Part shown: piece by piece, positions 44,690-51,385 of the stretch | Layout of the letters: every line of letters starts with the position of its first letter | How positions within the stretch are numbered: position 1 is the first letter of the stretch | Assembly: GCA_017991515.1 (NCBI GenBank) | Contig: JAGOQI010000004.1 | Coordinates: 1 to 60,809 of the forward strand | DNA: 60,809 bases | DNA from: Minisyncoccota bacterium | Lineage (GTDB): Bacteria; Patescibacteriota; Minisyncoccia; Phycocordibacterales; UBA9973 | Direction: 5' to 3' | Notes under the pieces: generated by a model | What the model was told of the DNA's origin: nothing | Database searches by the model: none | What the model saw: the letters and a program-made list of their open reading frames with translations, nothing else | Made by a program: the position numbers and the translations under genes

Positions 44690-45769
44690 TTAATTTGGAA
44701 CACTATTACCACAAGCTCTAATACCTACATATCCGTTTACTCCACCACTATAACATCCATCGTACAAGTAATAACCCGCACAACCCGGTATCGATGATGG
44801 ATTATTGAAATCAGGTGATTGGAAGTAGATTTGTCCAATATTACTACAGCCAGTAGGTTCTGTACCACCATTGCCAGGCTGAGCAAAAAGATATGGTGTT
44901 GTACTTACATCTAAACAAATATTTCCCGAGCCTGCTGCACAAACATTTTTATTGTGAACCAGATATCCGTCAGCAAAATATGTTCTATCTCCTGATAATT
45001 TGAAGTTAAACAGTGGTGTTGTTTCTGCTACTTGTTCACTTTCAATAGAATAAATATGAACTAATCCATTTTCTGTAATAAGAGTATCTCCAACAGCCAG
45101 TTGTGTTACTTCTATACCGATGTTCTCTTGTTTTGTTTTCTCTGGATTGATAGATTTCCAACCTTCTGTTGTTTTAAACGGGTGTTCTTCTGTTACGAAT
45201 GCTTTTTCGCCGTTGAAACCAAATATAATTCCGTCTGATTTAGGAGGTCTGTGATAGTCCAAAACAACATTATTTGTAGTTTCTCCTTTCAAAACATCGC
45301 CTATTTTTACATCTTGAATATTCTTTTTACTACCATCAGCCATTGTTACTAAAGTATCAGCTATGAAGCAGTTAAAAGCAGATGACCAAGATGTTCCGCC
45401 ACCTCCACCTCCACCTCCAATAGGTATCAAACAATCTGTAGTTAGTTTGTGTTCTTCATCTACACAAATTTTACGCTTGCCAGAAGTAGGGTGTAGATCA
45501 TCTATATATAGATTGCCAGATATAGTAGCGTTATTCCAAATAGCTAAACTATTTACTGCCAAGTTTCCTGAAACATCCAACATGGAACCAGATATAGGAG
45601 AACCTCCTTTTGATTGTTCAGTTGTTGTAGAGTTTAAAATATTAGCGACATTTCCGTTTGGAGGATTGCTTGTAGGACCAAATGCTGCATAAACATAGTT
45701 AAGCCCAAGACCAAAAACAACCATTAGAACTATAAATTTTATTTTGTTTAGTATGTTTATTTTTTTCAT
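44690..45769 (-). CDS. secreted protein P2: same N-module, Gly8 hinge, Hint/BIL autoprocessing domain, 86-aa Cys/Gly/Tyr-rich tail
   Basis: TSNPPNGNVANILNSTTTEQSKGG; CVDEEHKLTTDC; GGGGGGGG; Hint blocks CFIADTLVTMADG, VTEEHPF, GYLVHN. Confidence 0.8.
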   Translation of the reverse strand: MKKINILNKIKFIVLMVVFGLGLNYVYAAFGPTSNPPNGNVANILNSTTTEQSKGGSPISGSMLDVSGNLAVNSLAIWNNATISGNLYIDDLHPTSGKRKICVDEEHKLTTDCLIPIGGGGGGGGTSWSSAFNCFIADTLVTMADGSKKNIQDVKIGDVLKGETTNNVVLDYHRPPKSDGIIFGFNGEKAFVTEEHPFKTTEGWKSINPEKTKQENIGIEVTQLAVGDTLITENGLVHIYSIESEQVAETTPLFNFKLSGDRTYFADGYLVHNKNVCAAGSGNICLDVSTTPYLFAQPGNGGTEPTGCSNIGQIYFQSPDFNNPSSIPGCAGYYLYDGCYSGGVNGYVGIRACGNSVPN

Positions 45770-45788
45770 ATGTTTTTAATCTAACAGC

Positions 45789-46241
45789 TTATTCTATTAA
45801 ACAAATACTTGAGCAACCGTCCCCATTAGCAGTATTACCATCATCACACTGTTCAGCTTTTTCTATATAAGAGTTTCCGCACTGAGCATCACAAATAACA
45901 AGTTTATTGGAAGTATCTATACATACAGGACGAAGACCTGAAGTCCAAACACCTTGGTCTGAAGTCAAAGCACTTACAGTTACTTGATTTTCTACTGTCA
46001 TGTTCTGAATAACATATAGAACATTAGCAGAAAAAGTTTGAGCAACATCCAAAAGTGAACCCCTAAAAGAGCGTGAACCACCTTTTGATTGAGGATTTGA
46101 ACTAGTATTTATTGGACCAGAAACATTGTTTCCTGGAGGAACAGCTGTTGGAGCATTCCACGCAGCTAGAGCAATAGTACCGACAAAAAAAGTAGCAATT
46201 AAAAATTGTGTTAACAACTTCTTCAAATCAATATTTTTCAT
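45789..46241 (-). CDS. secreted protein P3: same N-module, then a myxococcal-type cysteine-rich repeat
   Basis: PTAVPPGNNVSGPINTSSNPQSKGG; CIDTSNKLVIC; CGNSYIEKAEQCDDGNTANGDGCSSIC. Confidence 0.7.
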   Translation of the reverse strand: MKNIDLKKLLTQFLIATFFVGTIALAAWNAPTAVPPGNNVSGPINTSSNPQSKGGSRSFRGSLLDVAQTFSANVLYVIQNMTVENQVTVSALTSDQGVWTSGLRPVCIDTSNKLVICDAQCGNSYIEKAEQCDDGNTANGDGCSSICLIE

Positions 46242-46248
46242 TATTAAA

Positions 46249-46257
46249 ATTGTAACA
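46249..46257 (-). promoter_or_regulatory. extended -10 box (TGtTACAAT), 7 nt upstream of the P3 ATG
   Basis: minus strand TGTTACAAT-tttaata-ATG. Confidence 0.55.
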
Positions 46258-46320
46258 TATTAATTATGATTTACCATAAGTAATGTGGGTAAAATAAAAG
46301 ATATTAAGTTAAAAATAATA

Positions 46321-46349
46321 TTGTCTATACAATATATATATGCTATATT
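46321..46349 (+). promoter_or_regulatory. candidate nusA promoter TTGTCT-17-(TGc)TATATT
   Basis: -35-like and extended -10 elements at good spacing; the ~90-nt leader contains the hairpin ATGTCCGA..TCGGACAT (46362-46392). Confidence 0.45.
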
Positions 46350-46440
46350 GCTCTTATAGTAATGTCCGACGCCGAAAGGTTCGGACATTTCTGTTGAAAA
46401 TCGATAAAAACCCTTACAAAATAATAACAATATAAATATT

Positions 46441-47739
46441 ATGTTAGATATCAAAGCCCTAAAAATAGCTATAGAACAACTAGAAACTGAGCGCCGAATA
46501 GGTCGCGACAAACTTATTGACGCTATAGAACAATCCCTTGCCGCTGCTTATAAAAAAGAGTATGGCAAAAAAGGCCAAGTAGTACGCTCTCACATCGACC
46601 TTGATGCTGGAAGTGTTTCTTTTGACCAAGTTAAAACTGTAGTTGATGACTCCCTTGTTTACTTTGAAGAAGACCTGGCTGCGCAGGCAGGAGAAGAAAA
46701 CCCAGTTGAGCGTTCTGAAACAGATGAAAGAGAGTCTTATAACGAGGAGAAACATATTCTTCTGGAGGATGCTCGTATTATCAAAGCTGATGCTCAAATA
46801 GGAGACGAAATAGTCTTCGATCTAGAACCAAAAGATGATTTTGGTCGTATTGCTGCGCAAACTGCCAAGCAAGTTATCATTCAACGCATTCGTGAAGCAG
46901 AACGAGGTTCTATTATGGAAGAATTTGGTAGCAAAGAAGGCGACATAGTTTCAGGTCATATCCAAAAGGTTGACCGAGGAAATGTTTTTATTGATTTCAA
47001 CAGAGCAACAGGCGTTATTCCTCCAGCAGACCAAATACCAGGTGAACATTACAATCGTGGAGCTCGTATTCGAGGATATTTGTACAATGTCGAAGAATCT
47101 CCTCGAGGTATAAATTTGAAAATTTCAAGAACTCATCCAAAATTTATGGAAAAGCTTTTTGCCCAAGAGTCTCCTGAGATTGCAAACGGACTTGTAGAAA
47201 TAAAGGCTATTGCCCGAGAACCAGGTGCTCGTTCAAAAATAGCTGTTTATACAGAAGATCCAAATATTGATCCAGTAGGATCTTGTGTTGGTCAAAGAGG
47301 TGTTCGAGTGAGCACTGTTATGAATGAATTAAGTGGAGAGAAAATAGACATTATCGAATGGTCTTCTGATCCTGAAGAGTTTGTAAGAAAGGCTCTTTCT
47401 CCAGCAAAAGTTTTAGAAGTAATACTGGATGAAGCAGAACACAAAGCATCTATTGAAGTTACTCCTGATCAACTCTCTCTTGCTATCGGTAAAGGAGGGC
47501 AAAATGTTCGTCTAGCTGCCAAGCTGACTGGGTGGAAAATAGACATCAAAGGTAGTGAAGTTCCAGAGGGCGAAACTACTGAGACACCAGAAGGTGATGA
47601 CTTCAAACCTTTGTCTGATTTAGTAGAAAGTAAAACGGAGGAAGATGTTGAAGAAACAGAAACTCCTGTAGAAATAGAAACAACTGAAGAAGTTGTCGCA
47701 GAGGAAAAATTAGAAGAAACAACAGAAGAGGCGAAATAA
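46441..47739 (+). CDS. nusA: transcription termination/antitermination factor NusA (acidic insertion in the NTD, acidic C-terminal tail)
   Basis: FGRIAAQTAKQVIIQRIREAER, S1 and KH1/KH2 (GQRGVRV, IGKGGQNVRLA). Confidence 0.93.
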   Translation: MLDIKALKIAIEQLETERRIGRDKLIDAIEQSLAAAYKKEYGKKGQVVRSHIDLDAGSVSFDQVKTVVDDSLVYFEEDLAAQAGEENPVERSETDERESYNEEKHILLEDARIIKADAQIGDEIVFDLEPKDDFGRIAAQTAKQVIIQRIREAERGSIMEEFGSKEGDIVSGHIQKVDRGNVFIDFNRATGVIPPADQIPGEHYNRGARIRGYLYNVEESPRGINLKISRTHPKFMEKLFAQESPEIANGLVEIKAIAREPGARSKIAVYTEDPNIDPVGSCVGQRGVRVSTVMNELSGEKIDIIEWSSDPEEFVRKALSPAKVLEVILDEAEHKASIEVTPDQLSLAIGKGGQNVRLAAKLTGWKIDIKGSEVPEGETTETPEGDDFKPLSDLVESKTEEDVEETETPVEIETTEEVVAEEKLEETTEEAK

Positions 47740-47740
47740 T

Positions 47741-48271
47741 ATGAATCTACTACACGAAATAACTCCAGGGAAAAATGTTCCTGAGATAATAAATGTAATC
47801 ATAGAAATACCAAAAGGTTCAAAAAACAAATACGAGCTTGATAAAGAAACTGGTCTTATCACTCTAGACCGAGCACTTCATACATCTCAAGACTATCCTT
47901 TTGATTATGGTTTTGTGCCACAGACTCACTGGGAGGACGGTGATCCTTTGGATGTTGTTGTTCTTACAACATACCCACTGGCACCAGGGGTTTTAGTAAA
48001 AGTTCGACCTGTCGCTGTTGTGAATATGATAGATGATGGAGAGGGCGATGCAAAAATTATAGGTGTTCCAGAGAAAGATCCTAGATGGGACGATGTAAAA
48101 GATATATCTGATATCAACAAACATACACTTAAAGAGATAGAGCACTTTTTCCTAACATACAAAAAACTTCAAAACAAAGAAGTTTCAATAAATGGGATAG
48201 ACGGTAAAGACAAAGCAATAGAAGCTATAAACAAATCTATTGTTTTATACAAAGAAAAGTTTAATAAATAA
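47741..48271 (+). CDS. ppa: inorganic pyrophosphatase (family I)
   Basis: IEIPKGSKNKYE, YPFDYGFVPQT, DGDPLD, DDGEGDAKI. Confidence 0.93.
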   Translation: MNLLHEITPGKNVPEIINVIIEIPKGSKNKYELDKETGLITLDRALHTSQDYPFDYGFVPQTHWEDGDPLDVVVLTTYPLAPGVLVKVRPVAVVNMIDDGEGDAKIIGVPEKDPRWDDVKDISDINKHTLKEIEHFFLTYKKLQNKEVSINGIDGKDKAIEAINKSIVLYKEKFNK

Positions 48272-48302
48272 AAAATGCCTTCCCTAAAACGGAAGGCATT
48301 TT
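48272..48302. terminator. bidirectional terminator
   Basis: AAAATGCCTTCC-CTAAAAC-GGAAGGCATTTT. Confidence 0.85.
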
Positions 48303-48309
48303 ACTAACT

Positions 48310-48543
48310 TCATTTATTTCTTTTTTCTTCCATTAATCCTAGTATTGCAGTAGATAATGCCATACTTATTGCCGACAAAATAAACAAGTAAAAGGCAAGG
48401 TCTGAATCGATAACTTTTAATATTCCTAATATACTAAAAGCTACTGATGAGACTAAAAATAAGTATGGAGGGAAAGAATAAATTTCTTTTAAAAACTGTA
48501 AAAAAGATTCTTTTATTAACAGAATTCCTAATTTATTTTTCAT
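48310..48543 (-). CDS. small two-TM membrane protein, hypothetical
   Basis: MKNKLGILLIKE... with two hydrophobic helices; start set to the first ATG. Confidence 0.4.
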   Translation of the reverse strand: MKNKLGILLIKESFLQFLKEIYSFPPYLFLVSSVAFSILGILKVIDSDLAFYLFILSAISMALSTAILGLMEEKRNK

Positions 48544-48645
48544 AACTTTTAAATTTTTATTACTATACACCACAAAAAATAAAAGTAAATACTCTGTGTA
48601 AGAACTACCCTAGTAAATCGTCTCTAATGGTGTATAATAAAACCT

Positions 48646-49155
48646 ATGAAAAAGACCATTATTACTAGCTTTTTAGCCATAATATTGCTCGGATCCCCTG
48701 CTTTTGCAGCCGAAACAGCTCCTGTTGTAACAGATAAGGCTGATATTGCGACTACTCCAAAAGACATAAAAATAGAGACTGCTGAAGCAAAAAAGAAGAG
48801 AATAGAACAAGATTTGCGTTCTACTGTTTCAAAACTTCAATCAGTTGTTGATAGAACTCAAGTCCTAATAGATCTTCTTATTAAAAACAATAGAGACACA
48901 ACTGAAGCATCAAAATATATAGTTGAGGCTCGTTTTTCTCTACAAACTGCAACAGATGCTATTGATCAGTTTTCAGGAGTAGTTCCAGAAGTTAAAATAG
49001 AAAAAACTTTAATAAAAAAAGAAGTTGTTGTTGCCCCTGCTCCATTCAAAGAGCCTCTTAAAAAAGCAGAGGATTCACTAAAAGAATCTAAAGCTTCTCT
49101 TATTCAAAGTATTACAGCTCTAAAAGAAAGTCTTATTACTAAAGAAACAAATTAA
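48646..49155 (+). CDS. secreted coiled-coil protein, hypothetical
   Basis: signal peptide ..SPAFA/AE; heptad-rich K/E/T sequence; TATAAT-7 nt-ATG upstream. Confidence 0.55.
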   Translation: MKKTIITSFLAIILLGSPAFAAETAPVVTDKADIATTPKDIKIETAEAKKKRIEQDLRSTVSKLQSVVDRTQVLIDLLIKNNRDTTEASKYIVEARFSLQTATDAIDQFSGVVPEVKIEKTLIKKEVVVAPAPFKEPLKKAEDSLKESKASLIQSITALKESLITKETN

Positions 49156-49160
49156 ATTCT

Positions 49161-49409
49161 ATGGATCAAATATCCAAAGATTTTAACCACAATAAATATC
49201 AAAACAAAAGTCCTTGGGCTATCGTACTGATATTTGTTGTGGTTATTTTATTCGGAATATTTTGGCTTATAGAAGAAAAGAAAGAAGTTTCTTATGTCCC
49301 TTCTTTTGCGCAAAATCCAAGTCCTAAAAAGAGTACCTTGGATATTGCTTCGGACCTTGAAGCCTCTGTTGGTTCTATAGAAATACCAAATTATTCTGAT
49401 TCGGAATAA
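49161..49409 (+). CDS. small single-pass membrane protein, hypothetical
   Basis: 82 aa, one TM helix (WAIVLIFVVVILFGIFWLI). Confidence 0.45.
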   Translation: MDQISKDFNHNKYQNKSPWAIVLIFVVVILFGIFWLIEEKKEVSYVPSFAQNPSPKKSTLDIASDLEASVGSIEIPNYSDSE

Positions 49410-49433
49410 TTTTTTGGTATTATTATGCCCTTG

Positions 49434-49442
49434 TGCTAGACT
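49434..49442 (+). promoter_or_regulatory. extended -10 box (TGcTAGACT), 9 nt upstream of the tig ATG
   Basis: TGCTAGACT-ggcaaaact-ATG. Confidence 0.45.
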
Positions 49443-49451
49443 GGCAAAACT

Positions 49452-50507
49452 ATGAAAAATAAAATCGATAATCTTTCAATAACAAATCTGCCCGACTCTA
49501 TGATAGAGATAAAAGGTGAGCTCTCATGGGAAGCTTTTGCAAAATATGAGAAAAAGGCTTTGGAGCAACTTTCAAAACATTTAGAAATAGATGGGTTTAG
49601 AAAAGGTTCTGTTCCTGAAGCTATGGCGAAGAAACATTTAGGAGACGAACTTGTTCTCTCTGATATGGCAGAACTAGCTCTTCAAGAATTCTACCCTACT
49701 ATTTTAGAAGAAAACAAAATAGACGCCATAGGCAGACCGTCTGTTTCTATTACTAAACTCGCTCGAGATAACTCTCTGGGCTTTACTCTTACTACCGCTA
49801 TTTTACCGGAAATAAAACTTCCTGACTACAAGAAACTTGCTAAAGGAGCTCCTGCTATTGCTGAAGTATCTGCTACTGAAGAAGAGATAGACAAGGTAGT
49901 AGAAGACCTTCGTCAAATGCGTGCTTATGGACATGTTCACGGACCAGAAGACAACCTGTCTGCGCAGGCAGGACACGAACACTCAGAAGAATTACCGGAA
50001 GTAAATGATGAATTTGCAAAAAGCTTTGGTGCATTTAACAGTGTCGCTGACCTACGAGCAAAAATTAAAGAAAATGTTTTAAAAGAAAAAGATCTTAATG
50101 AGAAAGATAAGCGCCGTATAAATATCATGGATGCCGTCATCAAAGAAGCTACTTTTGATGTACCAAAGATTATTTTAGAATCAGAACAAGAAAAAATGAT
50201 AGCTCAAATAGAAAGTGATGTTGCTAGAAGTGGAATGAAGTTTGAAGACTATTTAGCTCATACCAAGAAAACTCGTGAAGACTTGATGGAAGAATTCAAA
50301 GGTGAAGCAGAGCGCCGAGCTCGTTTCCAAATGGTTATCAATGCTATTGCTAAAGATATGGATATCAAAACTACTGACGAAGAAGTAGATGCTGAAGCTC
50401 AAAAGCTGATGCAACAATACCCCGGTGCCGACCTCGCTCGTACTAAAGCTTACGCTGATATGATGCTAGTCAACGAAAAAATCCTCTCAACATTGGAGAA
50501 TTTATAA
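49452..50507 (+). CDS. tig: trigger factor lacking the FKBP-type PPIase domain
   Basis: ribosome-binding signature GFRKGSVP in the N-domain; the C-domain begins LPEVNDEFAKSFG; only a ~23-aa His/Glu-rich linker lies between them. Confidence 0.85.
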   Translation: MKNKIDNLSITNLPDSMIEIKGELSWEAFAKYEKKALEQLSKHLEIDGFRKGSVPEAMAKKHLGDELVLSDMAELALQEFYPTILEENKIDAIGRPSVSITKLARDNSLGFTLTTAILPEIKLPDYKKLAKGAPAIAEVSATEEEIDKVVEDLRQMRAYGHVHGPEDNLSAQAGHEHSEELPEVNDEFAKSFGAFNSVADLRAKIKENVLKEKDLNEKDKRRINIMDAVIKEATFDVPKIILESEQEKMIAQIESDVARSGMKFEDYLAHTKKTREDLMEEFKGEAERRARFQMVINAIAKDMDIKTTDEEVDAEAQKLMQQYPGADLARTKAYADMMLVNEKILSTLENL

Positions 50508-50513
50508 AAAATA

Positions 50514-50546
50514 AAAGCCCTGTAAAATCTTACAAGGCTTTTTTAA
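50514..50546 (+). terminator. rho-independent terminator after tig
   Basis: AAAGCCCTGTAA-AATC-TTACAAGGCTTTTTT. Confidence 0.8.
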
Positions 50547-50674
50547 TTTCTTTTACTTTCCAATTTCTGCCATAAAATCTTGTATGGCGAGGAGAAGCGA
50601 CAAATCGTTAATTCCATACATAAGCTTTAAATTTTCTTTACTATACTATATTTCCTTACTTAGTCAATCTTATT

Positions 50675-50703
50675 TTGCTTTTATGTCAAAATACCGCTAT
50701 AGT
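50675..50703 (+). promoter_or_regulatory. candidate clpP promoter TTGCTT-17-TATAGT
   Basis: good spacing; lies about 85 nt upstream of the clpP ATG. Confidence 0.4.
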
Positions 50704-50757
50704 ATCCTTGTACTGAATGCTGTCTTTCCTATACTCCTTCTTCTGTTTCTTACTTTC

Positions 50758-50784
50758 AACTTTACAAACTTTAAACTTTAAACT
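50758..50784 (+). promoter_or_regulatory. array of AACTTTA heptads (3 full copies plus a partial one) ending 5 nt before the clpP ATG
   Basis: cAACTTTAcaAACTTTAAACTTTAAACTgacttATG; the same heptad array precedes map. Confidence 0.45.
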
Positions 50785-50789
50785 GACTT

Positions 50790-51380
50790 ATGTTAATACC
50801 AACCGTTATTGAAAAAACCGCAGGTGGTGAGCGTGCTTATGATATTTATTCTCGTCTTCTAAAAGATCGTATTATTTTTTTGGCAGGCCCTATAGACGAC
50901 CATGTTGCAAACCTAGTTATAGCTCAATTTTTATTCTTAGCTAACGAGGATTCTAAAAAAGATATTTATTTATATATAAACTCTCCGGGAGGTTCTGTAA
51001 CAGCAGGACTAGCTATTTTAGACACTATGAATTTTATAAAACCTGATGTTTCAACTATTTGTGTTGGTATGGCAGCATCAATGGGTTCACACCTTTTAGC
51101 TGGAGGAGCAAAAGGAAAAAGATTTGCGTTGCCTAACGCTGAAGTAATGATTCACCAACCGCACGGTGGGTTTGAAGGACAAGTTACAGATATAGAAATA
51201 ACGGCTAAACAAGTAATAAAACTTAAAGGTCGTCTTAATGAGATATTTGCCAAAAACACTGGTCAGAAACTTACAAAAATCCAAGAAGACATGGAGAGAG
51301 ACTTTTATATGGACTCGTCTGAAGCTAAAAAGTACGGCATCATTGACTCAGTTATTACCAAAAACCCTGGTGTAAATTAA
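50790..51380 (+). CDS. clpP: ATP-dependent Clp protease proteolytic subunit
   Basis: 196 aa; GMAASMGS (Ser), MIHQPHGG (His), and an Asp further downstream. Confidence 0.95.
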   Translation: MLIPTVIEKTAGGERAYDIYSRLLKDRIIFLAGPIDDHVANLVIAQFLFLANEDSKKDIYLYINSPGGSVTAGLAILDTMNFIKPDVSTICVGMAASMGSHLLAGGAKGKRFALPNAEVMIHQPHGGFEGQVTDIEITAKQVIKLKGRLNEIFAKNTGQKLTKIQEDMERDFYMDSSEAKKYGIIDSVITKNPGVN

Positions 51381-51385
51381 TTTTT

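Noticed and set aside
44951-45370. True (splicing) intein
   Set aside because: The +1 residue after the terminal HN is Lys, and the flanking sequences do not form a recognisable host protein. This fits a BIL/Hint cleavage domain instead.
45395-45420. Phase variation through the poly-Gly coding repeat in P2
   Set aside because: The repeat unit is a hexamer (CCACCT), so slippage would stay in frame and only change hinge length. It cannot act as an on/off switch. It is mentioned only under the Hint finding.
46260-46511. 83-aa minus-strand ORF overlapping the nusA start and both divergent promoters
   Set aside because: It covers the intergenic promoter region and the 5-prime end of nusA, and nothing supports a coding function.
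50584-50781. 65-aa ORF in the tig-clpP spacer
   Set aside because: Its composition is low-complexity and hydrophobic. It spans the predicted clpP promoter and the heptad array, so it is more likely a non-coding leader or promoter region.
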